In this document: piece after piece, positions 41,163-55,769 of the stretch
Layout: the number at the start of each line of letters is the position of its first letter
Numbering within the stretch: the stretch's first letter is position 1
NCBI GenBank assembly: GCA_951406725.2
Contig: OX597835.1
Coordinates: 18,724,001 to 18,788,000, forward strand
DNA length: 64,000 nt
Source of the DNA: Octopus vulgaris
Taxonomy: Eukaryota
Direction: 5' to 3'
The notes under the pieces: generated by a model
The model's input: the letters and a program-made list of their open reading frames with translations, nothing else
Database searches by the model: none
Told to the model about the DNA's origin: nothing
Program-made: the position numbers and the translations under genes

Positions 41163-41620
41163 ACTAGCAGTATCGCCCGGCATTGCTCGGTTTTGTAAGG
41201 AAAATAACTATATAAGCATTTTTAGAGAGTTACTTCCCTTATAGATGCTAATTCGGGCTTTCTTAGCCATTTCTGTTTTGGTGTCTTCAAGCCATGAAGT
41301 CGTTGTTCTAAAAGAACGCTGGTCTCCTTGACAACGCATTACGACGTTGATTTCCTTACACTCCCTTCCCCACAGCTTCACGAGGGAGGGAAGAAGGGGG
41401 AGAAGCAAACAGGTGCAGGTGTGACCATGGACGCCAACTCCGCCGCCATCGACACACGAACAATTATTTTTAAAATCGTAGACTCATCGTAGACGCGCGC
41501 TAATACTCAGACGGGCTCGATATGAATCACGACTATAAGATACCCGAATTTGGTTAAACCGCAAAATGTGGGAGTAGTTAGGAATCTAAATCGAAGGGGA
41601 CAGACACTCACACAACTACA

Positions 41621-41630
<10 letters not shown>
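41163..41630 (-). mobile_element. Non-autonomous Helitron-like element
   Basis: Minus-strand 3' end has the hairpin ccgagcaatgccggg followed by cgatactgCTAGt (CTAG at 41164-41167); embedded in (TA)n. Confidence 0.78.
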
Positions 41631-41679
<49 letters not shown>

Positions 41680-41912
41680 GTATATATATAGGTATGTTTG
41701 TAAACATACATGAACTTCCATACAAAATGTCAACAACGTAGTTACGATACAAAATATGAATATTTCCTTTTTCATTGTGTCATGTAGAAAATTTTTGAAA
41801 ATATATTTGACTGGATCTGAAATGAGTAAGAAAAATATTCCTGCTATGTAACCGTGTATATATGTCCGTACATATGCATATATGTACATCTGAAAATTAT
41901 AAATTATGTATC

Positions 41913-41971
<59 letters not shown>

Positions 41972-42366
41972 TAAAGTTTATGCATACTTATAAGCTATCT
42001 GTGTTTAGTATATACCCATTCATTCTTAAGTATCGACTCGGCTCTTATAATTTTGATTTTAGATTACAATTTTTGAAATTTATGGCTATTAAGAGAAATC
42101 AGGTTTTAGGAAACACCTAACGTGATTATCCATGCATAAGTTTTAGAGACAATTGTAAATTCATCCGTCTCCTAGTGTGTTCATCAGACCATCGTTAATT
42201 TAACACAAACATTGTAATGATGAGCATCTTTGCCTCCTCTCACGCATTTTCTCTCTATCCCCCCCCCTCATATACATACACGCATACATAAATAAACACA
42301 CATTTATAATCGTTTATATAACAACACACACATACACGCACATAGACAAACACAGACAGACGCATG

Positions 42367-42404
<38 letters not shown>

Positions 42405-42507
42405 CAGAGAGAGAGAGTAAGATAGATAGATATATAGATGGGCTGAATACGTATAAGTGTGTGTTTATATGTGTATATATATGTATAATCATACATGCAT
42501 ATATACA

Positions 42508-42583
<76 letters not shown>

Positions 42584-42616
42584 TATACACATATATTTAT
42601 GTCAGTGTGTATTTAC

Positions 42617-42681
<65 letters not shown>

Positions 42682-43487
42682 TATATATACATATATATAT
42701 ATATAGACACACATATATGTGCATACGCATATATGTATATGTATATTTATCCTCATGCACATATAGTATGCATATATGTATACGCGTTCATAAAACTGTC
42801 TGTATATTAAGTTGATATATATATATATATATGCTTCTACGTAAATGTGTATTTTCGTATATGTGTGCATATTTATTATTCAATGTTTACATGGGAACAT
42901 TAACATTGTCAACAAACTGAATTAATTCACTAACAACCCGAAGGTATTATATTTTTTCTCTCCCACCTTCCTCAGTATTATCTCTACCTATTACTTTCGG
43001 TTGTCCCTCTCATGGGTTCTATAGTCAATCCCCGTCTCTCTCACTCACTCTCACCTAATATATATATATATCTTTCTCTTTCTCTTCCAATATTTTTCTA
43101 TCAGCATTAAATCTGTCAACAAACAGAACGTACATTTTTCTCGTATTCTTGTTAGAATATCCCTCATTTTGATTCTTATTCTTTCACTAACTTCTTTCTT
43201 TCTCTCTTTCTTTCTCTGTCTGTCTGTCTGTCTGTCTCTCTCTGTTTTGATGTATTTATGTTCCTTTCTTGCTTAAACCTCGTGACCACACTCATATATT
43301 ACCACCTCTTTCACGAGTTATCGTTCTTCTTCTTCTCCCCCTTTATAACATATCGCTCTTCAATTCTCTTTTATATGGAACATCTAACATTCTGTTTTCC
43401 CTGTCAATGTTTATGTAAGTTTATAAGCCTATATGTATGTATGTATGTGTGTATGTATGTACATATTTATGTATGAATATAAGTATA

Positions 43488-43557
<70 letters not shown>

Positions 43558-43667
43558 GTATATACATTTGTAAATGCATATAGATACACATAAACGTTTG
43601 TGCATATATATATGCATATACATGTGTATATGTAGATATGTATATATATATTTATATACACGTACAC

Positions 43668-43724
<57 letters not shown>

Positions 43725-43730
43725 CATGCA

Positions 43731-43802
<72 letters not shown>

Positions 43803-44196
43803 ATCTTCTATATACGTAGTTATATGGTTGTGTGTGTATATGTAGTCAACCAGAATAATTTGAAATAAATTTGGAGATGAATAGTTCAGCGTGTTGACAA
43901 GCTGAATGTCTCAAAGTACGCTTTAAGATTTTAACATAGAAAAAATGTAAAGAAAAAAAAATTTTTTTTTTTATTAATTATTATAATTTTAATTAGTGAT
44001 TAAATATCGGGAGAAGAAAAATGAATTATGTTTTTTTTTTTTTCGATTTACATTTACGAATTATTAGTATTTTGAATGTGCCACGATTTCACATTTCATA
44101 CAATTAAACACTTACTCCTCCCTGTGTTGCGGCCGTCAAATCATTTCCAATCCATTTTGATGTGCACGTATCTGTATGTTTATGTATGTGCGTACA

Positions 44197-44277
<81 letters not shown>

Positions 44278-44310
44278 GTATATATACATATATATATGTA
44301 TGTATATATA

Positions 44311-44357
<47 letters not shown>

Positions 44358-44477
44358 ATATATAAATATATATACATATCGTAGTTATATTTCGAGACGA
44401 TTATTATTTTATCATGAAATAAAAAAGCGTGCCATATATTCGTTCTTCACTCGTTCATCATTCTTCTTATATTTTAT

Positions 44478-44711
44478 GCCAATTGTCTGGAAATCTTTCC
44501 CCACGGGTTTTACCACCTCTTCAGCGACTGCTCTATGTTCCTGTTCCATTGACTTCATTCACACACCAAGTTAGTGACTCAAACACATGCGCAGATAAGG
44601 ATACATATTACAGGAAAACGGAATGTACTAGAGAACACAGGAGGATGCACATGGAAGGAAGAGTCGCTGAAGAGGTCACAGATGCCCGACGAAAGATTTC
44701 CAAGCAATGGC
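44478..44711. mobile_element. Imperfect inverted-repeat element, MITE-like
   Basis: acctcttcagcgact (44515-44529) pairs with agtcgctgaagaggt (44662-44676); gccaattgtctggaaatcttt pairs imperfectly with aaagatttccaagcaatggc. Confidence 0.55.
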
Positions 44712-45011
44712 TTCCTTTCTACGTTGCATGATTAAACAGTCACACAAAGATTTTCAAACATAAACATGTCCATTAATTAAAAATATAAACCGTATCAATT
44801 TAAAATAAATGTAAAATTATGTTTTATGCGTTGTCTATTTTTTAATGTGTGTATATCTGCGTGTATGTATGTATATATATATGTGTGTGTGTGTGTGTTT
44901 GCGTGTATATGAGTGTGTGTGTGCGTGTATGTATGCGTGTATATGTGATGTATATATATATATATGCACACACATACAGGTATATCTTTATATACATATA
45001 CATTCAAATAT

Positions 45012-45218
45012 ATTTTTTTATTGCCCACAGGTGGCTAAATGCAGAAGGGAAAAAGATGGACAGACAAAGGGCTTAAGTCGGTTACATCGCCCCCAGTGCA
45101 TAACTGGTACTTAATTTATCGACCCCGAAAAGATGAAAGTCAAAGTCGACCTGGGCGGAATTTGAACTCAGAACGTAACTTCAGCCGAAATACCGCAAAG
45201 CATTTCGCCCGACGTGCT
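45012..45218 (-). mobile_element. Family-M SINE, slightly 5'-truncated
   Basis: Reverse-complement match to the family-M consensus. Confidence 0.88.
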
Positions 45219-46305
45219 GTGTGTTTGTACCTATATATATATATATGTGTGTGTGTGCGTGTGTATAAATATATGTGTGCGTGTGCGTGTATGTGTGTAA
45301 ATGGGTGTATGTGTTTACACACACAAATATCCACACACATATGTATGCACATCCTATAAATGCAAATACGAACACACACTTGCGTATTGAAAGATTTGTG
45401 TATTCTTACATACATATACGTTCCTATGTTCAAGTGAAAATATATAAATTTTAGATCTGCTTTATGTACATCATTTATTGTTTGCCCTACCAATAAACCT
45501 GTCAAAACGCAAGTCATTTGAGTTATATGTTCAGAAAATTTTACACTCGTAGATTAAAATTAGAGTCAATTATTTACTTCAATTTGAAAAGCAAACAAAC
45601 AAAAAAAGAATGAAAATTCTCTTTAATATCTAACGTATGTCACTTGGCTGGCGATTTATTTCTCCCTGTTGTGTACGATATCTACATCTGACATCTTCAC
45701 CGCAAATCTTTTATGTACACGGTCATCTTGATACAAATGTTGTCTAATATCCTACGGACGTTTCTGTATCTTTAAGATATTACAAAATGAACTGGAACAA
45801 GATCGTGTGTTGGAATACTGATAGTTTTAAATGCTTTTATCTCCACTCCTATTGCTTCGTTCGTTATATTGTGGGATGGAACTGTTCTCAGTTACATTAG
45901 GGTGACATTTAGACGACCTATAGCAATACAGAAAACACACCGTCATTAAAGGGAGGTCATCACCAAGATTCGGAGTATCACACTTTTGTATCATCTTCCT
46001 GGTGGGTAAACGGATTTTTATACAACCATGAGGAAAACCTGCGCAATAAACTAACCAGTGAATCAAACAGTAGACGCCAGAGTAGAACTAGTCTCCAAAT
46101 ATACTTTGAATACCTGCGATCGCAGTACGGTTTTCTACGAGCCTACATTTTCCTTGATGTCGGTGTTGAAATTATGCTAGTCACATACATGCTCTTCTGG
46201 GAAACTATGGTAGGAGATTGAGCTCTCATAGCAGGTATTCATCAAAAGATATTTTCAGACATTGTGACGATATCCGTAAAGACACTAACAAGTAGTCTCC
46301 GCCAT

Positions 46306-46364
<59 letters not shown>

Positions 46365-46449
46365 CAAAATAATAAAAGTTATTGGATGTTGCTGGCCAGC
46401 ATCGCAGGTTCTAATTTCTAATATGCCACCCTTTTAATTTATACATACA

Positions 46450-46484
<35 letters not shown>

Positions 46485-46499
46485 GTATGTATGCAATGC

Positions 46500-46533
<34 letters not shown>

Positions 46534-46569
46534 CTGTGTCTATATATATATATATATACATATATATAC

Positions 46570-46632
<63 letters not shown>

Positions 46633-47286
46633 GCTATATGTATGTATATTTGTGTAATTGTATACATTTTTTACGCGTGTGAGCGTGTGAGAATGTGTGC
46701 CTGCGAATGTGCAAGTGTAGAAGTATGTGAGTATATATATATATATATATACTCGCATAAAGATGTATATGTAAGGATACATATATTCGTGTTTTCGTCT
46801 ATGTATGTCAGACGTTAGTGATTTTGTGTTTGTTCATGTATGCATGCATTTAACTTGGCGTAACTCTGGGAGTCCACAAGAGAGGAAAGAAATCAATAGC
46901 TAAAACTAGAATATATTTATTCGGTGATATAAAAACTAAGGCTTCAATAACTTATTTCTGTAAATTTACCACTCCACAGTAAATATATCCGACAAAATTT
47001 TATAGATTTTTTTGTCTCAATTCGCCATGAAAATATATTCTCGTTTAGTTTATTTATATTAATAATCAGTTAGTTGGTTCAACATAACTTCGCTCAATAA
47101 AGTTTGTTTCTACAGCCATAATTATTAGCTCTAGCAAATAGAACTAACAATAAATATTTGGGTTTCTTATATGTCATAGCTGGATTTCATTCTGCATTAA
47201 GTATTTCTGTCTTCCATATTGGGACCTTCTTTCTGCTGATTATATACAAACACACGTAGGCATATATACACATACATACATACATA

Positions 47287-47322
<36 letters not shown>

Positions 47323-47378
47323 TATATGTATGTATGTATGTATGTATATATCTCTATATGTATGTACATATCTAGATG

Positions 47379-47449
<71 letters not shown>

Positions 47450-47605
47450 ATATCTCTATATGTATGTACATATCTAGATGTATGTGTATATATATATATA
47501 AAGTTAAACCAAACCTGAAAACACAAAGAGAAAACACAACAACGCGAGGACGTGGAACATGTATAGTGTTACTGGACGCTCAAGAAAGGAAAGTAAAAAG
47601 GAGGA

Positions 47606-47638
47606 TTTAGCGTTTCGAGCGGAGCTCTTCGTCAGAAA
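47606..47638 (-). ncRNA. Minimal hammerhead motif (U16.1 apparently mutated) in a family-P-related repeat at ~47495-47705
   Basis: Minus strand: UUU-CUGACGA-A-GAGC-UCC-GCUC-GAAA-CG-CU-AAA. Confidence 0.7.
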
Positions 47639-47739
47639 CATAGAAAAGTTAAAGGCCAAGGAAGGGAAAAAAACGGAGGAAAAAATCACCAACGATGCAC
47701 GCGCTGTCACATACATACATACATACATTCATACATACA

Positions 47740-48282
<543 letters not shown>

Positions 48283-48749
48283 CATAACACACACACAAAC
48301 ACACACATACACACACACACACTTATAAATTGAGGATATAATCATCAAATTAATTATATCCCTAGCCAGCGTATAAAGACACCACCATATCGGTAAAATT
48401 AACTTTTGTGTATAAAACCATAAAAATACAATCATAATTAAAGGTGCTGGAATGTCAATGCCTATGCGCTAGAAAAAGATGTCAAAAAGCAACAAGCCAC
48501 GCGAAATAATTTCTCTGTTTACATCCCAAGGCCGAACGCGAAGTGATAAGTAAGAAGATATACAAAATTTCGTGCTCTGTAATAGAGATTACTTTACACT
48601 CTTCAGTAGAGATACACCGACAATATATAAGCGAAAAATACATATACAATCCGATAGGTTTCTGCGTACATTTAACTGTATATATTTATGCATTTCCTGC
48701 GAATGCATTAGATCGCTAATGTCAGAAATGATACGGGGTGAATATAGTA

Positions 48750-48964
48750 CCTATTTCTTTACTACCTACAAGGGGCTAAACACAGAGAGGACAAACAAGG
48801 ACAGACAAACGGATTAAGTCGATTATATCGACCCCAGGGCGTAACTGGTACTTATTTAATCGACCCCGAAAGGATGAAAGGCAAAGTCGACCTCGGCGGA
48901 ATTTGAACTCAGAACGTTGCGGCATGCGAAATACAGCTAAGCTAACATTTCTGCCAGCTCGCCG
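48750..48964 (-). mobile_element. Family-M SINE
   Basis: Reverse-complement match to the consensus with a small deletion in the head. Confidence 0.9.
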
Positions 48965-49303
48965 CTGGATATAGTACCGCAGTTTAATATAATGACTAGA
49001 GAGCTCAAGATGATTTATATTTATAAACTGGGGATACAACCATGATAATAATTTTATCAGTGGCTACCATTTTAAAAAAGAACACCATGTCGGTAAAATT
49101 CATTTTAAAGTATATAATTATAAAATCATAATTGTAATTAAGGACATTGGAATGCCAAGCCTATACGCTAGAACTAGATGTCAAACAATAACGAGCCACT
49201 TTAAATTCGGCCTTGGGTGGTAAACAAATTTAGAGTGGCTTGTAGTTGTTTGACATCTACTTTTACCGTATATGATCCCACGCTTAATCTCTCTCTCTCT
49301 CTT

Positions 49304-49368
<65 letters not shown>

Positions 49369-49871
49369 TGTATGTGTGTATCTGCATATAAAACTTCGTA
49401 GACAACATGATTATAAATGAAACAGTTACGGCACTACGTGATCGACAGACTCAAAGAACGAAAATAGAAGAAATAAAACCAGACTCGCGTGACCGGTCCT
49501 ACCATTTATATCTTCTGTCACATGCTAAGACAAGACGTAATGACCTTACGGCCTGCTTATTTACCGTCTGACGTCATTTTATTGTGTTTCGCCGAAATAT
49601 GTGTTGCTGTTTCCTAAGGGCATGTCTGCTTCTTTGAATTTAGTACAAACCCTTCTTTTGAAATTCCAATAGTTTCAGCAGGTGCAAGGCAACACATGCT
49701 GGTGTATCGACTTGGAGAACACATTGGGGAAATAGATTCTGTTATATATTCTATAAATCTAATATTTCTGAAGTCTTAAGTTACACTGTTGAAAGTGCTT
49801 GGCGTTTCAGCGTTCACACCCACCCACCCACACACACACACGCATACAAACACACACATACAAACACACAT

Positions 49872-49902
<31 letters not shown>

Positions 49903-50297
49903 TACACACACACACACACGCGCGCGTACAGACGCACACGCACAAACTCATAGACACACGTTGGCACGCACACGCACGTACAAACTTACGCACGCACGCA
50001 CGCACGCACACATACCCTCACGCAAACACGCGCGCACACACGTACACATACGCGCACATATACACCCGCGGTGCTCACGCTCACACTCACACATTCACGC
50101 TTGTGCGTGTGTGAGCAAGCATACACACGTACATTGGGCGGACTTGGAATATAAATTTCTTATTCATATTAATTTTTATTACCATTCACAGTAATGAAAA
50201 TAATATAAACAATACGAGTAATACTAATAGAGATCTGTTAATACAATAACGAGAGTAATATTAATGTTAATATTACCGATAATGAAGAAGCGGAAAC

Positions 50298-50376
<79 letters not shown>

Positions 50377-50575
50377 AGAAGAGGAGAAGGAGGATCATAA
50401 TGATATTGATGATAGTAAGAAGCAAAAGAAGAAGAAGGAAAAGAAGAAGAAGAAGAAGAAGAAGAAGAAGAAGAAGAAGAAGAAGAAGAAGAAGAAGAAG
50501 AAGAAGAAGAAGAAGAAGAAGAAGAAGAACACGACGATGGTGGTGGAAGGTATGATGATGATGATGATGATGATT
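50298..50575. repeat. (AAT)n-(GAA)n-(GAT)n microsatellite
   Basis: Seen directly. Confidence 0.96.
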
Positions 50576-50699
50576 GCGATGAAATTAAATATTTGACTTA
50601 TATTTATCTCCTACAAATCAGCCTGTAATATTTAACTCTTTGTTATCAGCACGATGAATTACCGTGTATACAGGCAATTGTCAACTGTGTATCGATCTG

Positions 50700-51325
50700 A
50701 TAAATTTATGTAAACGACCTCTCAAATTGAGATACTGTTGAAGATACTATTTAAAGTAAGTTCAGGATGATTGGATAAGACGTTGATATATTATAATGAT
50801 TGATCGTGTTTCTGGAGAGGGTCTTCTTCTGAGTCAAATATGACACTTCAGGAATTAGGAAATATGGAGTCATTTTCAAAAACGTTGTCAGATCGGGAAT
50901 TTAAAATGTTTTATTGAGGGCTTTTGGGTGTGCGTATAACATGACAATCAAGATGAACCAGTGGCTGTAAGGACATCATCCCTGTAGAGACCTCCGAATT
51001 GTTGGAGATCAGGTGAGGTCCTAGTAATTTTTTGAAAAGAGGGCACAAGGTCAGAAGGGGATGCAATTCCAGGAGAAACAGGCGTAATACCATTATTTAG
51101 AAGGGCTCACTTCTTTTCTTGCTGTAGGCAGATGCCCTTCAGCACTGCCCTTGGGTTCGCCCCTGTATTAGTTAATAATGTGGAAAAGAATGAAGCTGAC
51201 CAGGTCAGTAACGTAGGCAGAGTCGGATGATTCCGTGGTTATATCAAATAAATCGACGGGACCCATAATTATTATTGAAGTATATGTGGGTTCCTAGCAG
51301 CCAGGATGATGTTGATGTAGGATCG
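50700..51325 (-). mobile_element. Degenerate Penelope-like reverse transcriptase fragment
   Basis: INIILAAR.., DLFDITTESSDSAYVTDLVSFIL (compare FDxTMGSxDGAEVCELVG), QFGGLYRDDVL (YRDD at 50975-50986), YINVLSNHP. Confidence 0.85.
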
Positions 51326-51516
51326 GAAGATAGGTGCGTACTTTCTTGCAAAAATTAGTGCATTACTTAAAAAAAATAAGGGTTCAGATTTCTCTCTCAT
51401 TTTCACTGCGACGATCACACGCTATACAGCTTCCTTCTAAGTACTATTGTGAATACCGGAAGCGCGTTACAGCGTTAAAACTTAGTGCGCATGCACAAAA
51501 GTGTTCAAGGTTAATC

Positions 51517-51749
51517 TGTTTCTTTATTGCCCACAAGGGGCTAAACATAGAGGGGACAAACAAGGACAGTCAAACGGATTAAGTCGATTATATAGACCCC
51601 AGTGCGTAACTGGTACTTAATTTATCGACCCCGAAAGGATGAAAGGCAAAGTCGACCTCGGCGGAATTTGAACTCAGAACGCAACGACAGACGCAATACC
51701 GCTAAGCATTTCGCCCGGCGTGCTAACGTTTCTGCCAGCTCGCCGCCTT
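51517..51749 (-). mobile_element. Family-M SINE, full length with TSD
   Basis: Complete consensus; 20-bp TSD aaaagtgttcaaggt(t/c)aatc at 51497-51516 and 51750-51769. Confidence 0.95.
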
Positions 51750-51834
51750 AAAAGTGTTCAAGGTCAATCGTTGCCAAGCAACTGCTCACTGTGTGTCATA
51801 GCTTCGTTACTATACCAACAATCCGGATACTTAT

Positions 51835-51995
51835 TGACCACACCACGTACACACAAAGACACTTTGTTCCTTTCTGTGGATGAGGGTAGTCTGGAAACGT
51901 TAAAGACATTTTCAATTCACGAGCGTTAAATCAATACATCAGTTTGTTGTCTGCACCACTTGTTTTCGTCTTTTGCATTTTGTGAATTCTCTCTA
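51835..51995 (+). mobile_element. Family-P repeat with a decayed minimal hammerhead (51870-51905)
   Basis: ctttctgtggatgagggtagtctggaaacgttaaag aligns with ctttctgttgaagagcgtaggctcgaaacgtaaaa. Confidence 0.6.
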
Positions 51996-52232
51996 TATAC
52001 GTATACAAAACTATAGATAGATATATAGATATGTACGTGTATATAAATAAATATACATTTATATATATATGTATATGAGAATATATGTACATATATTCAT
52101 ATAGACATACTAACTGACATAAATACATACCTACAATGAAGCCTAAATATGTACATATATCGACCGATCTAGGCAACTACATATATATATATATATATAT
52201 ATGCATACACATATACACATACACACACTCAA

Positions 52233-52282
<50 letters not shown>

Positions 52283-52284
<2 letters not shown>

Positions 52285-52651
52285 ACGGCAGTTTGTCTGT
52301 GCGTGTTTCTGTGTGTCTGTTTGCTTGTACCCTCACCCTGACCACAGCTTTCAACCGATTCTGATGAAACTTGACACACACATAGCCCAATGTCATAATT
52401 CAAAACTAACGCAGCGAAAATTTTGAAAAGTTCCCCCAGTTCTGAAAAAATCGATAAATTCGACATGGGGTCGAGAACCAGGAACACAAACCACAAACTG
52501 TGTAGGGGACGCAACTCCACCTTTTTAACTATAAAAAAAAATTTACCATAATTTTTTTCCAATTTTTTTGCTGTTTTTTGGCTATAACTCTCTAAAAATG
52601 CTTTATAGTTATTTCCCTTACAAACCTGAGCAACGCCGGGCGATACTGCTA

Positions 52652-52653
<2 letters not shown>
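52283..52653 (+). mobile_element. Non-autonomous Helitron-like element
   Basis: 5' (ta)n-aaacggcagtttgtctgt; 3' hairpin cctgagcaacgccggg followed by CTAG (52649-52652). The 3' ~70 bp is shared with the 41.2 kb element. Confidence 0.8.
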
Positions 52654-52690
<37 letters not shown>

Positions 52691-53755
52691 AAGTTACAAG
52701 GAGAAATTTATTAAGAACAAAAGTTGTATTATAAGTTTGATCGTCTCCCTTATGTGTAAGGGAGATGTAAATATTGATGAATGTAGCATGCATATTGCAG
52801 TATGTAAACATTTTGTTTATATCTCTGATTCCTATACAGTTATAGTTATCTCATCATTTTATTATGCATGTGATACCCTGCATTAATGCATTATATTCAA
52901 TTATTTCTATTCATTTAAATTTGCTTTATATCAACCAGTATATTATCAACAAGTTTAATTTATCCATTGTAGAGGGAGATCTTTAGTAACTGAAATACGA
53001 TTAGCATGATAAAATTAATTTATTTATCTTTATGTATCTGTTATTTTTTTTTCAGGAGTACATGCTTCTGAACGTATATGTTCAGTATTTTACGATTAAT
53101 TAACCATCCAGGTATTGCTGATTTCATAAGTGAGATCCTTTGCTAAAGTATTATGAAAATGTTAGTGTTGATTTTGCAGTATGAACATTTCGTAAGTAGT
53201 TTCTATTGAGTCGTTCCTATCGCAGCTTGGAAACAGAAGTGTGTTATGTGTGACATGCATAAGGTAAAAAAAAAACTGCGGTTTATACCATAGTACAAGA
53301 TTAATTCATAGAGTGGGCTGGAGGAATTTCAGGACATATCGAAGACAGCTTCCCCCGAACGTTGGTTTGAAAATCGTTAAATAGGTACTTAGTCTGTACG
53401 ACGAGGGAGCCAGTATTTATATGCGTGACTGTCGAGACAGCTTTTCTTTTAATTTATCATACGGTTTGAGTTAGATAGTGAGCAATTTTAAAGACACTGG
53501 TATGGTATTAATGATGACAAAATTGTAGGAGAGTCATAGGTTACATGGAAGCCGTTAAAATGCTGTTCGTAAAGAGTAAGCAATCTAAGCACGTACGTGT
53601 CCATACGAAACGAGATCGTGTCCCTGATTGCATTCATGCACGACCCCAAAAGATTTACATGTGAGAAATCGCGGTGAAATGATGATTTCAAAAGTATCTA
53701 GACATACACACACACATACACACACGCATACACACATTCACACACACACACATAC

Positions 53756-53860
<105 letters not shown>

Positions 53861-54024
53861 TATGTATATATGTACATATTTACATATATATGCAGGTGTG
53901 AATATTTGTATGTAAATGTACACACGCATAAAAACATTCACACACACACATACACACAAACATATATATATATATATTTATATATATGTACATATATATA
54001 TATATATGTATGTATATATGTATA

Positions 54025-54055
<31 letters not shown>

Positions 54056-54094
54056 GTATATATACATTATTTGTGTGTATATATATATATATAC

Positions 54095-54187
<93 letters not shown>

Positions 54188-54517
54188 TACATATATATAT
54201 ATATATATGTATAAACATATACATATGTACATATACATACATACATGCATATATATATATATATGTTCTCGGCATACACTTGAATTCGTATGTGCGCATT
54301 CGAAATAAAATCGTAAGATAGACCGAGAGAGAGAGAGAGAGGGAGATTGTGGAAGAGTGAGATTCAAAAGTGTGAAATGAAGAAACCAAAGCAGGTAGAG
54401 AGAGAAAGACAGAGAGAGAAGACAGATGGAGAAGGACGATAAGAATTGTATATTAAAATTTCAATAATCTAGGCTCTTTCTACGTGATAATTTACTTTTA
54501 TCTTTATGTTTGTTTAT

Positions 54518-54519
54518 GA

Positions 54520-54604
<85 letters not shown>

Positions 54605-54667
54605 TTTATTTTTATTTTTATTATTATTATTATTATTGTTATTATTATTATTATTATTATTAATATT

Positions 54668-54698
<31 letters not shown>

Positions 54699-54900
54699 TT
54701 ATTAGTAGTATTGTGGTTGTTGTTATTACTAGCATATATATCAGTATTATTATTGGTATTATTGTTATTATTATTTATTATTATTATTATCAACATCATC
54801 ATCGACAACATCATTATTATTATCATTATCATTACTACCGACATTTTTATTGATATTATTTATACTTCCTTTTATTTTATTTTATTTTATTTTATTTTAT
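54518..54900. repeat. Degenerate (ATT)n/(ATC)n/(ATTTT)n microsatellite
   Basis: Seen directly. Confidence 0.95.
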
Positions 54901-55477
54901 TTTTCATTCCTCTACTGTTAAGGTATAATTTTATTGCTTGTCGTCTTTGAAACAAACAAGCTTTGAAATTTTAATAAATCACAGATTTATTGCAAAAAGA
55001 AAATATTTGCAGTTTTTCCGATATTATCTTCAAGAATTTCGGATATAATCTTGGAAGAGCGCCAAGTAATAAAATGTGATATTTAACCTGGTCTGGGCAT
55101 TGAAGACTTGTAGTAAAGTATATAAATGACCTATACATCTCTCCTATACTCTCCTGCGGCTCAATCCTGAGCGCATCGAATTCTCTGGTGTACCAGGTCT
55201 GTATGGTTCATTACTGTGAGACTGATTTCAAGTTTTGGTAAAAAATCGAAATTATACAAACTTCGCATGTAGTCTTAACTCCATTGTAGTATATAGATGC
55301 CGGTTCAGTTTCTTACTGTATCTAGTTGCGTGACCGGTGTCATGAAACTGAATACTTTCTTTCGCATGTGGACGTATACTTATCATATGCTGGCATTTTT
55401 GCATGTATGCCAATGCACACAGAAACACAGACACATACAGACACAGATTGACACCGACACCGGCATATATATATATA

Positions 55478-55702
55478 GGCGTAGGAGTGGTTGTGTGGTA
55501 AGTAGCTCGTTTACCAACCACATGATTCCGGGTTCAGTCCCACTGCATGGCACCTTGAGCAAGTGTCTTCTAATATAGCCTCAGGGTGATCAAAACCCTG
55601 TGAATGTATTTTGTAGACGGAAACTGAACAAAGCTCGTCATATATATACATATATATATATATATGTGTGTGCATGTTTGTGTGTCTGTGTTTCCCCCCA
55701 GC

Positions 55703-55705
<3 letters not shown>
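55478..55705 (+). mobile_element. Family-C SINE, 5' part
   Basis: ggcgtaggagtggttgtgtggtaagtagc... ends in (TA)n. Confidence 0.88.
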
Positions 55706-55766
<61 letters not shown>

Positions 55767-55769
55767 TAT

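Noticed and set aside
45976-46210. Minus-strand exon-like FSSWLYKNPFTHQEDDTKV* with a nearby short intron
   Set aside because: The upstream exon frame hits a stop or needs a poor acceptor. Similar isolated candidates at 53.6 kb and 55.1 kb could not be joined convincingly.
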